A stretch of DNA of 64,000 nucleotides from Macrostomum lignano (taxonomy: Eukaryota), in the NCBI GenBank assembly GCA_002269645.1, contig NIVC01001523.1:1-64000 (forward strand), in the 5' to 3' direction. Below the pieces are notes generated by a model. That model saw only the letters and a list, made by a program, of their open reading frames with translations, had not been told where the DNA came from and did no database searches. Position 1 is the stretch's first letter. Every line of letters begins with the position of its first letter. Positions 1 to 12,061 of the stretch are shown in pieces. Made by a program: the position numbers and the translations under genes.

Positions 1-53
1 TTTTTATTTGTCAATAAATTGGATCACTTTAATAAAGTAATTCTGCATTTCAG

Positions 54-65
54 GCAGATGGCAAG
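54..65 (+). CDS. Possible 12-nt microexon of the SLC15 gene
   Basis: tttcag|GCAGATGGCAAG|gtaaga has strong splice sites on both sides and is phase 1-1 compatible with exon 1668. No homology support. Confidence 0.35.
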
Positions 66-309
66 GTAAGATAAATCGTTGATAGAACTCGTTTGTTTGG
101 TTTGTTAGAAGTGATTTGTATTTTGTGATTTTTTAGTTTTCCACGATTATGGGCAGTTGGCGGTTTTGCAATAAAAATGTTGTGATTGCGTAATTGTCTT
201 GAAATTGCGTTAAATTTGTTTGAAAACCGTGATTATATTTTGAGTTTGGTTGTTTACGGTTTCAGCTATCCAATGTTTAGGCAAACAAGTCTGATGTTTT
301 TATTTATTA

Positions 310-665
310 TTAGAGGCAGGGGGGTTGTGTGCACCCTGGCGCAATTTAAGCGTCATTGGCACACAACCGGCGAGAGGCATTACTGCCCATTCCGCCGACT
401 CCCCTGAGCAGGCATACAAGCGCGCGGATACGTTACGCAGGCATACACTCACACAGGAGTGTACAGCGGCCCTAACTTATCAATTGTTAGGCATGTACAC
501 TTCACTGCGCCTTGGGGGGGGGGGTTGGCTCTCAAGGCCGTTAATTGCACAAGCGAGCCAAGCCAAGATTCCAATCCAGCCCCAAATTAATGTGGCTGCA
601 CTTGGAATCGAGCCTGGGTCGCGGCACACCAGAGCAGCTGCGCTACCGCTGGGCTACGGCCCCCC
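310..665 (-). mobile_element. tRNA-derived SINE, full-length copy 1
   Basis: The minus strand starts GGGGGCCGTAGCCCAGCGGTAGCG (A box) ...GGCTCGATTCC (B box). A clearly similar second copy is at 15480-15836, and the 3' end has a TAA-rich tail. Confidence 0.85.
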
Positions 666-817
666 GATGTTTTTATTTGTCAACAAGAAATTTTACTGCA
701 AGATAATTTAAATTATCGATTTTTCTGATCTAGTTGATTTAGTTGATGAATCTATTATTACGTTTTTTAGAATAAAATTGTATAGATTAGTAGATTATAC
801 ATTACTTTTATAAAACA

Positions 818-1530
818 ATGCAGATTGCACAGTTCCATAGCCAATAAAATACCCCCCTCCCATAAAACAGGCAGATTGCACAGTTCTATAGCCAATAAAC
901 AACCCCCCATAAAACAGGCAGATTGCACAGTTCTATAGCCAATAAACAACCCCCCCCCCATAAAACAGGCAGATTGCACAGTTCTATAGCCAATAAACAA
1001 CCCCCCATAAAACAGGCAGATTGCACAGTTCTATAGCCAATAAACAACCCCCCATAAAACAGGCAGATTGCACAGTTCTATAGCCAATAAACAACCCCCC
1101 ATAAAACAGGCAGATTGCACAGTTCTATAGCCAATAAACAACCCCCATAAAACAGGCAGATTGCACAGTTCTATAGCCAATAAACAACCCCCATAAAACA
1201 GGCAGATTGCACAGTTCTATAGCCAATAAACAACCCCCCATAAAACAGGCAGATTGCACAGTTCTATAGCCAATAAACAACCCCCCATAAAACAGGCAGA
1301 TTGCACAGTTCTATAGCCAATAAACAACCCCCATAAAACAGGCAGATTGCACAGTTCTATAGCCAATAAACAACCCCCCATAAAACAGGCAGATTGCACA
1401 GTTCTATAGCCAATAAACAACCCCCCATAAAACAGGCAGATTGCACAGTTCTATAGCCAATAAACAACCCCCATAAAACAGGCAGATTGCACAGTTCTAT
1501 AGCCAATAAACAACCCCCCATAAAACAGGC
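818..1530. repeat. 46-47 bp minisatellite (caggcagattgcacagttctatagccaataaacaaccccccataaaa), about 15 copies
   Basis: Direct tandem periodicity; lies in an SLC15 intron. Confidence 0.95.
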
Positions 1531-1667
1531 ATAATCGGATTAAGGTAAAATAATACAGGGTCTGTGATTATTGATCTATTTTGAAAAAAGGTAATGCAAG
1601 GTGTTAATATAACGTTTAATGCACGTTTTTTAATCGCTCCACGCATTGATTGATTGCTCCGCAACAG

Positions 1668-4600
1668 GTAAGCTGCACCTGTCTACCACCCTGTGCAAGC
1701 GAATGGGCGTCGGCATGCTGTTGGCCTCTTCTGCCTTCATCGCCGCCATGGCCGTCCAGATGCGCATCGACGCGGAGCTGCCCACCGTGCCCAAAACTGG
1801 CCAGATCAAGCTGAAGTTCGTCAATTCCTTGACTGGCACGTCTTCGCCCTGCGGAGTCATCTTCGAGTACGACGGCGTCACTCGGGATCTAGCGCATCTC
1901 GGTTTCTCTAGGGCCAGCCTGCATACCAAGGTGAGCTGATGACGGATCCCCTGTTGCTGGACCAGCCTCCCAGATCCTCAGTTGTTGGGCCAGCCTCCAA
2001 ATCCTCAGCTGCTGGGCCAGCCTCCCAAATCCTCAGCTGCTGGGCCAGCCTCCCAGATCCCCTGTTGCTGGACCAGCCTCCCAGATCCTCAGCTGCTGGG
2101 CCAGCCTCCCAGATCCTCAGTTGCTGGGCCAGCCTCCCAGAGTGTCAGTTGCTGGGCCAGCCTCCCAGATCCTCTGTTGCTGGGCCAGCCTCCCAGAGTG
2201 TCAGTTGCTGGGCCAGCCTCCCAGATCCTCAGTTGCTGGGCCAGCCTCCCAGAGTGTCAGTTGCTGGGCCAGCCTCCCAGATCCCCTGTTGCTGGGCCAG
2301 CCTCCCAGATCCCACGTTGCTGGGCCAGCCTCCCAGATCCCACGTTGCTGGGCCAGCCTCCCAGATCCCACGTTGCTGGGCCAGTCTCCCAGATTCCACG
2401 TTGCTGGGCCAGCCTCCCAGATCCCACGTTGCTGGGCCAGTCTCCCAGATTCCACGTTGCTGGGCCAGCCTCCCAGATCCCACGTTGCTGGGCCATTCTC
2501 CCAGATCCTCAGTTTCTTGGCCAGCCTCCAAGATCCTCAGATCCCCAGTTGCTGGGCCAGTCTCCCAGATCCGCAGTTGCTTTTCTAAATGTTAGACTCT
2601 AGCCAGTTCTCCAGCTGGGATGGCTGAAGCCAATCCATGGATTCCCACTCCACCACAGACGCCTCATCTGTGGAACGTAGCGATGCACACGAGTCCGGAC
2701 TGCCCAGACACTGTGAAAAGAGCCGCCAATCTCACCCTGCCGGGCGGCAACAACTCCTATGACGTCATAGTCTATGGCTCCGGCAGGCTGGCCGCGGTCC
2801 CGGCAGCCACCGAGAAGAACCGCAAAGGCCTCAGCCTCATCCGCGTGATGCTGACCAATCCGAAACTGGCCGATCGTCTGCTCGACGACAAGCTGATTCT
2901 TAGAAAGATCAGCCGAGTCAAAGAGGGCATCGATTTCGCCTTAAATTTAACAGCCAGCCCGAAAAGTTCGGTTGCTAAGGGCGATATTCGGTTCACGGAT
3001 TACCAACCGGTGCACAGTGGATTTTATTCTGTTCAGCTGGTTGGCAACTACACTGGCCGGGGCGAGCCGGAGCTGCCTAATGTTGGCTTTAGCAGTGAGT
3101 TATTTTACTTATGGACACCTGTCAATCAAACTGTTTGGCAATTGGGTATTCCTTTGGTAACACAGGAATGTAATGTTTTTTAAACCGGTTCTAAATATAG
3201 TAGTTTCTGCCTGAATGATTCTTGAAATGTGTAAAAAATCTTCTCGTTAATCCACCCCCTCTAAGTCGTTCCTTAACCACCTCTAAACCGTTGCTTAATC
3301 CTTCCCTAAAAACTCCTTAATCCTTTCCTAAACCGTTCCTTAATCCTTCCCTAAACCGTTCCTTAATCCTTCCCTAAACCGTTCCTTAATCCTTCCCTAA
3401 ACCGTTCCTTAATCCTTCCCTAAACCGTTCCTTAATCCTTCCCTAAACCGTTCCTTAATCCCATTTTCTAAACGGCTCCTGTCTTTAGCAAATACATGAA
3501 CCTTAGGAGTTGGGCATTCAAATGGCGAACACAGACACCAAAATATTTATTAAAATAATTACTTCTAACAGTGTATTTGTAATGTGTAAATATAGGATCT
3601 GTAAGCTCAGATTGGATGCATCACGGTCGTAAGTATGGCGCTTAAATCTCATTATGTTTACAAGTTAATAATTTAATGTATGTCAAACTGATTGCGATTA
3701 TGCAGTTGATTGTTTGTTCGTTGGGGTATTATTGCCTTCGCTTTTTGCAACGATTTGTACGCATCAAGAAGTCAGGTTATTATTTCGGTTTTATTGATGA
3801 ATTATGCTTTGCCCATAGACTAATGATGGGTGGAGATATCTTGGCCATAGACTAATGATAAGTGGAGATATCTTGGCCATAGACTAATGGTGAGTGGAAA
3901 TATCTTGGCCATAGACTAATGATGAGTGGAGATATCTTGGCCATAGACTAATGATGAGTGGAAATATCTTGGCCATAGACTAATAGTGAGTGGAGATATC
4001 TTGGCCATAGACTAATGGTGAGTGGAAATATCTTGGCCATAGACTAATGATAAGTGGAGATATCTTGGCCATAGACTAATGGTGAGTGGAAATATCTTGG
4101 CCATAGACTAATGATGAGTGGAGATATCTTGGCCATAGACTAATAGTGAGTGGAGATATCTTGGCCATAGGCTAATGGTGAGTGGAGATATCTTGGCCAT
4201 AGACTAATGGTGAGTGGAAATATCTTGGCCATAGACTAATGATGAGTGGAGATATCTTGGCCATAGACTAATGATAAGTGGAAATATCTTGGCCATAGAC
4301 TAATGATAAGTGGAAATATCTTGGCCATAGAATAGGTAAAAATATAACTTCTTAAAATCACGATTTTTTAAATTACATTTTCACAACAAAATTTTAACTG
4401 CTTGAGTTGAGCTGACAGCAGATTAAAAGCGACCCAGCCTGCTTCCTGGCGATAAGAATGTTGGGATTGGATCGAAAGAGAGTTAACTTTGAAATTGGAA
4501 TATACTTTTTCACAAGAAATACCCTATAGGCGGTCCCCTAGGAAATCTGAGTGAGTTTACCCCCAACCCCAGTTAATCTCGCACGCGATCCTAAGCGGAT

Positions 4601-7067
4601 ATTAAAAATGTTAGAAAAAATAAGAAGGCAATGTTGTCCGCTTCCGAGATACTTCCAGAAAGTATGGAAGAAGTTTCTTTTAGATTTCTTACATTTTTTG
4701 GAATTTTTAGGCACACTAAACCAGAATAGAAAGTTGATACAGGGCTTGGTCAATTTTTTTATTAGTCTGGCAAAGAAGCAAACTCACTTTAGATAGGGTA
4801 AAAAATAAAGTGAAATATAATTTTTAACCATAGACTATTGTAACAAACTATTTGTACCATAGACTATTGTACCATAGACTATTGTACCATAGACTATCGT
4901 ACCATAGACTATTGTACCATAGACTATTGTACCATAGACTATTGTACCATAGATTATCGTACCATAGACTATCGTACCATAGACTATTGTACCATAGACT
5001 ATCGTACCATAGACTATCGTACCATAGACTATTGTACCATAGACTATTGTACCATAGACTATTGTACCATAGACTATTGTACCATAGACTAGTGTACCAT
5101 AGACTATTGTACCATAGACTATTGTACCATAGACTATCGTACCATAGACTATCGTACCATAGACTAGTGTACCATAGACTATCGTACCATAGACTATCGT
5201 ACCATAGACTAGTGTACCATAGACTATTGTACCATAGACTATTGTACCATAGACTATTGTACCATAGACTATTGTACCATAGACTATTGTACCATAGACT
5301 ATTGTACCATAGACTATTGTACCATAGACTATCGTACCATAGACTATTGTACCATTGACTATCGTACCATAGACTATTGTACCATAGACTATTGTTCCAT
5401 AGACTATTGTACCATAGACTATTGTACCATAGACTATTGTACCATAGACTAGTGTACCATAGACTATCGTACCATAGACTAGTGTACCATAAACTATTTC
5501 ATTATAGACAGCCCGTCAAGAGAAGTGTTTAACATCAATTTTCGACGCTACAATAGATCTACCTGGTATATAGTCCTTTAAAAACGATGCTCGAGCTTTA
5601 ACTAAATTATTAGCAAACTTTTTTTATTACGAAACCATTCTTGTTAATAGTTTTTTTTATTAAAATAGTTCATACATTTGAAGCCTGACCAAACCAGTGC
5701 TATTGTTGACCATGGGTTAAATTTAGCTATAAAACATAATTGTATGGCAGCTGAGCACGAGCAATGAGAATAGCGTGTTCAGGGGTATCTCAACAGTGTG
5801 TGAGAGTGTATGTGTGTGTGTGTAAATAATCTAGGCTGAGTGAGAGATGCTAAGAGAGGCAGTTTGGGCGTGGCTTGTAACTTTTTGACAGCGGAAATTC
5901 ATAATTTTACTAGTATATGCAATTTCACATGCATACTGTCAGGGTTCCACTTTGGCACTGGTATTTTGGAATTTAGAAATGTTTGCAATTTTCTGTTTGA
6001 CAAGTTCATTAAAGATTTCATGCTTTATTGTTGGATTGTTAAAGTTTGACTTGGTCTGGTCTTTCCGTTTCTACTCTCACCTCTCCGCTCTTCCACTCTC
6101 TCTCCCACTCTGTCCGCTCTCTCCCCCGCTCTGTCCGCTCTCCCCCGCTCTGTCCGCTCTCTCCCGCTCTCTCCCACTCTCCGCTCTTCCACTCTCTCAC
6201 TCTCCCCGCTCTCTCCCACTCTTTCCGCTCTCTCCCACTCTGTCCGCTCTCTCCCACTCTGTCCGCTCTCTCCCACTCTGTCCGCTCTCTTCCACTCTGT
6301 CCGCTCTCTCCCACTCCGTCCGCTCTCTTCCACTCTGTCCGCTCTCTCCCACTCTCCGCTCTCTCCCACTCTGTCCGCTCTCTCCCACTCTCCGCTCTCT
6401 CCCACTCTGTCCGCTCTCTCCCACTCTCCGCTCTCTCCCACTCTGTCCGCTCTCTCCACTCTCTTTCCGCTTTTGTTTTCCCTAACTCCTCGCGGTCCCT
6501 TCGATCTGTACCTGATTCCCATCTCCCCTAATTACGCTCGTAGCGCATTAACCATCGCGCAGCCGCCCGCCCCCACCCGCAGACGGCCAGATTATCTCTC
6601 TGGTTCTCTACGAAGACTCTGACGGTAAAATTCGCTCCTTCCTAATCGAAGAGGTCCGAGCTAATTCCGTATCAATGATGTGGCAGGTGCCGCAGTACGT
6701 GCTAATCTCAATCGCTGAAGTGCTCTTCTCCATCTCCGGCCTGGCTCTCTCCTATGCTGAAGCGCCAGCCTCCATGAAATCTCTTGTCCAAGCGCTCTGG
6801 CTAATGTGCGTTGCTATTGGCAACGTGGTTGTTATGGTTGTAAGCGAGGTTAGAATCATACCCTATCAGAGCTACGAGTTCCTGATGTTCGCCCTGCTAA
6901 TGCTGCTGAACGTGTTTGTCTTCATCCTATTGGCCATGCGCTATCAGCCATTCAGTGCGGACCCCGACAGTGAGCTGCCAATGGTGCCGCCAACTTCTAA
7001 ACCGGCCCCATTAACCGAGCAAGATGATAAGAGCAACGTTAACAGCGGATACACTGCCGAAGACTAA
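1668..7067 (+). CDS. SLC15A1/2: Proton-coupled oligopeptide transporter PEPT1/PEPT2 (SLC15/POT family), 3' part; exons 1668-1930, 2596-3094, 6583-7067; 5' exons lie outside the window
   Basis: KRMGVGMLLASSAFIAAMAVQMRIDAELP matches the PEPT TM9 region. SMMWQVPQYVLISIAEVLFSISGLALSYAEAPASMKS matches the TM10-12 motif (QIPQY...EVxFS...YxxAPxxMKS). The exons join in frame through GT-AG sites (aag|gtgagc, ttag|act, agca|gtgagt, cgcag|ac). Confidence 0.93.
1940..2575. repeat. 28 bp minisatellite (cagttgctgggccagcctcccagatcct) filling an SLC15 intron
   Basis: Direct tandem periodicity, about 22 copies. Confidence 0.95.
3270..3465. repeat. 23 bp minisatellite (ccctaaaccgttccttaatcctt)
   Basis: Tandem periodicity. 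Confidence 0.9.
3810..4335. repeat. 32 bp minisatellite (gccatagactaatgatgagtggagatatcttg)
   Basis: Tandem periodicity, about 16 copies. Confidence 0.95.
4826..5495. repeat. 15 bp minisatellite (ccatagactattgta)
   Basis: Tandem periodicity, about 44 copies. Confidence 0.95.
6070..6470. repeat. CT-rich 18-20 bp minisatellite (ccactctgtccgctctctc)
   Basis: Tandem periodicity. Confidence 0.9.
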
Positions 7068-7269
7068 GGGGATGACAGCTTATTTTGTTAAGCGTAATTA
7101 AGCTGCTGAAAATGCGTCTTAAGACTGAAGATTTCTTCATTATATTTTTTGTTGTCAGTCAGTTTTTTTTTCATCTCCGCCTCTTGTGCGTACCTCATTA
7201 TTTATAACTGTGTACTTAACTCCTCCGGTAGCAACTGTCCTTTGTGATGCCTGCCTGTGCTTTACATTG

Positions 7270-7990
7270 GGTGATATTGCTGTCAAACAGCTGTGTTCTG
7301 AAGGGTGAGATTTTGCTGTCAAACAGCTGTTCTGAAGGGTGAGATTTTGCTGTCAAACAGCTGTGTTCTGAAGGGTGAGATTTTGCTGTCAAACAGCTGT
7401 TCTGAAGGGTGAGATTTTGCTGTCAAACAGCTGTTCTGAAGGGTGAGATTTTGCCGTCAAACCGCTGTTTTGAAGGGTGAGATTTTGTAGTCAAACTGAT
7501 ATTTTGAAGGGTAAGATTTTGCTGTCAATCAGATGTTTTTGTAGGGTGAGATTTTGTAGTCAAACTGATATTTTGAAGGGTAAGATTTTGCTGTCAATCA
7601 GATGTTTTTGTAGGGTGAGATTTTGTAGTCAAACTGATATTTTGAAGGGTAAGATTTTGCTGTCAATCAGATGTTTTTGTAGGGTGAGATTTTGTAGTCA
7701 AACTGATATTTTGAAGGGTAAGATTTTGCTGTCAATCAGATGTTTTTGTAGTTAAACAGACATTTTAAAGTGGGAGATTTTGTATTCAAGCTGATGTTTT
7801 GAAGGATGAGACTTTTAGTAAAATACATGTTTTAAACTGTGAGATTTTTAGTCAAACGGCTGTTTTGGACGGTGAGATTTTGTGGTCAAACGACTGTTTT
7901 GAAGGGTGAGATTTTGTGGTCAAACGACTGTTTTGAAGGGTGAGATTTTGTGGTCAAACGGCTGTTTTGAAGGGTGAGATTTTGTTGAAA
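7270..7990. repeat. About 33 bp degenerate minisatellite (gggtgagattttgctgtcaaacagctgttctgaa) with a 66-bp dimeric higher-order block at about 7477-7750
   Basis: Tandem periodicity; the alternating A/B units are copied identically about four times. Confidence 0.85.
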
Positions 7991-9389
7991 TAAGCAGGTC
8001 TTCTCCAGAGAGATTTTGATATCATAAGTGTCTTGTAAAGGATGAGATATTGCTTAAAAGTATTTGTCAATATCACGCACAGATCATCGCTCTCTGGAGA
8101 GTGTGCACTCGTTACATCGATAATTAATTTATTATTTTCTATTCTCAAACGACTACTCCTGCGCTCCTGGATTTTAGAATTTTCTCTTGAAGAATTTTGA
8201 CCTACATTGATACTTCATTTTGCATTGCGCGTTGACTATTTAAATCAACTTTAAGAATTATTATTAGAGTAAATAAGTATTTGCGTTGTCGCGAGCAATC
8301 AATATAAACATTATGTAGGCGGCATATCGCATTACTTTCTATGGAGTATTAAATATTATTACCTGCTTGTCAGGTATGATGAGGTGAATCGTTATCGTTT
8401 AATTTAATTCTTATTGGCAGGATATCCGTGACGTTTTGATAAGTCTGTTTCATTTTTCTGTCAGGCAGACGGACTTAATGTGACGGAGCGTAAATTATAT
8501 TCCATTCGAATTTATTTTAAATTTTATTTTTGTTTTAATTGATAAAAGTTTTTAGTCTTATAGATTTGTTTGTTTTTTTGTTTAAAATTTCTATAGGCCA
8601 CGGATTTCCCGTGCTTGATTTAAAAAATTATTCAATTTTTGTTTAAATGCTTTGTTATAATTGATTTGTGTTGTTTTTTTTGTTTTACTAAACTCAGTGA
8701 AAAAAAATCCGTAAGCGCTCTATTGCAAATCTTCCTATATGTTTAATCTGTCTTTATATTTGTTATAATCTTTTTCAGCGCTTTCTTGACCAACTATTTT
8801 TCCTATATAGAAGTTCCAAATGTACTTGCGTTTTTATTGTTTGTCGGTTTTGTCCGTGGCTTATTGACCTGTATTATTATTATTTTATTATCACTGCTAA
8901 TATTATTTTGACGTCTCTTATTGCGGCTCTTCCCTGTTCTTGTTTATTTTTAAACAATGAACGATTAAAACACCTGAATTGTCTTAGCAAAGTTATATTT
9001 ATTTTTAATATGTACAATGAAATGCTGTTATTCAATAGGCTTATCTTATAACATCAACAGCATAGTTAATTAGATTTTTTGGGTTGGTATAACATTATTA
9101 TTATTGTCGAAACTGATAAGTTTTATTTATTTTTTTCAGTGTTTTTATGCTCGATATTTATATTATTAAATATATATATATATATGTCTGCACACACCAT
9201 CAGCCCGTGTGCTTTTCTCTCGTCCCAGTGTGTGCCCGCTTTTTGTGTCGCAGAAAGTCTGTCTGTGTCCATTTTTTTTGTTTAAATTGTTTGTTTAAGT
9301 CTTGAAGCATTTGCCCAGCTAGGACTACTTGCGTGTAGCGTCTGGACGAGTATCTTGTGTCCTCGCTCGCGTGCTTCGCCTCTCTTACT

Positions 9390-9760
9390 TCTCCCTCTCT
9401 CTATCTCTCATCTTCCCTTCCCCACTCTCCCCTCTATCTCCCTACTCTCCATCTCCCCTCCATCTCCTCTCTCCCCTCCATCTCCTCTCTCCCCTCCATC
9501 TCCTCTCTCCCCTCCATCTATTTTCAATCTCCTTTCTCCCCTCCATCTCCCTCTCTCTTCCATCTCCCCTCTCCCCTTCATCTCCCTTTTCTTCTCTATC
9601 ACTTGATCTCCCTTCTCTCAATCTCTCCTCCATCTCCCTTCTCTCCATCTCCCTTCCATCTCCCCTCTCTCCTCCATCTCCCCTCCTCCCTCTCCATCTC
9701 CCCTCTCCCCTCCATCTCCCTTCCACCTCCCCTCTTCCCTCCACTCCCATCTCCCTTTGC
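9390..9760. repeat. CT-rich low-complexity tract
   Basis: Polypyrimidine with ctccatctcc subunits. Confidence 0.85.
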
Positions 9761-9887
9761 CCTGTTAGAACTGCGATCGGATATTCGATAGTGCACTGTT
9801 GCTGGGGAAGTTTCGCTTTAGTGAAGTGACTAAAGTGACTTAGGTGACTAATCTAAAATTTCCAAGTTGATTTTTGTTTTGCTTTTC

Positions 9888-10532
9888 ATGAGTCAATCTG
9901 TCATCATGGCAACAGCTCCACGCGGCGGAAGAGGCGGCAGCGGCTTGTCTCCACAGAAGCGGCAGCCGCAGCTGGCTCCGACCGCATCGCCTCTGCTGTC
10001 AATCTCTCAACGGCCAGCTGGCTCTGCGCCGTCCACCGTGTCGCCAGCTGCCGCGGCGTCCAGACGGCGTCAACAGGCATCTCAGCCCGCCGCCTCGCCT
10101 GCCTCGGCCTCGTCAACGTCTCGCAGCAGCGGACTTGACAGCGGCATCGGCAGCGCCAGACAGACGTCAGCAGCGACCGGCGCTTCCGCCGCAGGTCCAG
10201 CGACGCCACGCCGGGAGGCTCCCAACGAACTGCTAATGGAATTCGTCGAATGCGTTATGACTAAAGATTTTAATAACGCGGCAAAACTATGCGAAATGAT
10301 TCTGCTGTACGAGCCTAACAATCTGGAGGCGCTGCAGTTCAGAGCCGTCATCTCAGACAGGCTGCTGCTGGATCAGCTGAGCTCTGGCAACGAAGATGAC
10401 GACGATGACGACACCGAGGATGGCGATGATAGCGACGATGACGACGAAGACGATGACGATGATCAAGAGGATGGAGAAGCTGGAACCGAAGAGGACGAAG
10501 GATTGGGCAGCGATTCTAATAGAAATCCTTGA
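9888..10532 (+). CDS. ERICH2: Glutamate-rich protein 2 homolog (single coding exon; start at ATG 9888 or 9906)
   Basis: APNELLMEFVECVMTKDFNNAAKLCEMILLYEPNNLEALQF resembles the ERICH2 core as recalled (APxELxxEFxxxVMxxDxxxAxKLCxMILxYEPxNxEAxxF) and is followed by an acidic D/E tail. Confidence 0.8.
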   Translation: MSQSVIMATAPRGGRGGSGLSPQKRQPQLAPTASPLLSISQRPAGSAPSTVSPAAAASRRRQQASQPAASPASASSTSRSSGLDSGIGSARQTSAATGASAAGPATPRREAPNELLMEFVECVMTKDFNNAAKLCEMILLYEPNNLEALQFRAVISDRLLLDQLSSGNEDDDDDDTEDGDDSDDDDEDDDDDQEDGEAGTEEDEGLGSDSNRNP

Positions 10533-10579
10533 TGTTGGCTGCTTGATTCACTGTGGGAAGTAGCTTATCTGAGATATGT

Positions 10580-10810
10580 TTTCCCTTTGATATGCCGCCG
10601 GAATTTCCCTTTGATGTGCCGCCGATATCTCCCTATGATGTGCCGCTGGAATTTTCCTTTGATGTGCCGCCGGTATCTCCCTTTGATGTGCCGCCGGAAT
10701 TTCCCTTTGATGTGCCGCCGGAATTTCCCTTTGATGTGCCGCCGGAATTTCCCTTTGATGTGCCGCCGGGATTTCCATTCCATCTCAGCTGTCCTAACTT
10801 CCCTTTAATG
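10580..10810. repeat. 24 bp minisatellite (ccctttgatgtgccgccggaattt)
   Basis: Tandem periodicity in the ERICH2 3' region. Confidence 0.9.
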
Positions 10811-11457
10811 TGTCGTCGCTTTTTCTTTTTGAAGTACCGCCGTTATTTTCCTAAATTGATGCTTCTCTACTAGTTTTTTGGAGCCATCCAGAGTAATTCA
10901 TAGTTGGCTTGCCTTAAATACTGAAAGAAAGTTCCGTGCCTTTTCCAACTTTAACCAAGCTGTTCCGCCCAAATATTGGAACAATTTTTATTCGTTATTA
11001 TGGCCTTTTTATTTTTTACTTTTTCATTCCTCACCGAGTAGGTTTTGTGATATTTTTGCTGAATTGGCGTTAAAGTTTCCTGTATGACTAGATCCGCTCT
11101 GTAAAGTCCTTTTTCGATACATATCGGCGAGAAATAAAAAATGACTTTTTGTGAGTAAATAAATCTAGGCTCTTTGTTTTGTACATTTTATTGAGTAGTT
11201 GTTTAGTGCATAGCATTCCCTTTACGGCAAGTTCTATTTTATTCTCTTTTTTTTAATTACTAGATGTAAATTAGCAGTTTTTTTACCTGTCTATTGAACT
11301 TTTTTAATTAACCAAATGACCTGCAGATTTTATGAACGCACAAGAAGCTTTTAAATAATTGATTTTCTGCAGTCCTATATTCTTTCTGTTTCTATTTAGG
11401 AACTATCATAGTCTAGACAATCAATTATATTGAGTGTCTTCTGCCAGTAGCTATGTT

Positions 11458-11459
<2 letters not shown>

Positions 11460-11555
<96 letters not shown>

Positions 11556-11585
11556 GTGCCTCTCTGTGTGCTTGTCTGTCTGCCT
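11460..11585. repeat. (TCTG)n microsatellite
   Basis: Direct observation. Confidence 0.95.
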
Positions 11586-11643
11586 ACCGAAATACCTTAT
11601 GTCTAATATACTTAATATAGGTATTTTCATGTATATGTAGATG

Positions 11644-11645
11644 AT

Positions 11646-11685
<40 letters not shown>

Positions 11686-11750
11686 CAGACAGATAGATAG
11701 ATAGATAGACCGATAGATAGATAGATAGATAGATAGATTGATAGATAGAC

Positions 11751-11801
<51 letters not shown>

Positions 11802-11913
11802 CAGATAGATAGGTAGATAGGTAGATAGATAGATAGATAGATAGGTAGATAGATAGATAGATAGGTAGATAGGTAGATAGATAGATAGGTAGATAGATAG
11901 ATAGGTAGATAGG

Positions 11914-11944
<31 letters not shown>

Positions 11945-11969
11945 GTAGATAGATAGATAGATAGATAGG

Positions 11970-12021
<52 letters not shown>
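11644..12021. repeat. (GATA)n microsatellite
   Basis: Direct observation. Confidence 0.95.
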
Positions 12022-12022
<1 letters not shown>

Positions 12023-12061
12023 TCTATAGTACCAGTACACAAACACTTGCATGCCGGCGCA

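Noticed and set aside
1939-2602. Pro/Gln-rich ORFs in all three forward frames
   Set aside because: 28-bp repeat. The SLC15 exons splice across it in phase 0.
7270-7990. Repeat with variable intervening sequence, superficially CRISPR-like
   Set aside because: The intervening parts are homologous degenerate halves of the unit rather than unique spacers, and the context is eukaryotic with no cas genes.
8350-8500. Cluster of splice-like signals (cag|gtatga, ggcag|gat, tcag|gcagacgg)
   Set aside because: No consistent open exon chain or homology; AT-rich background.
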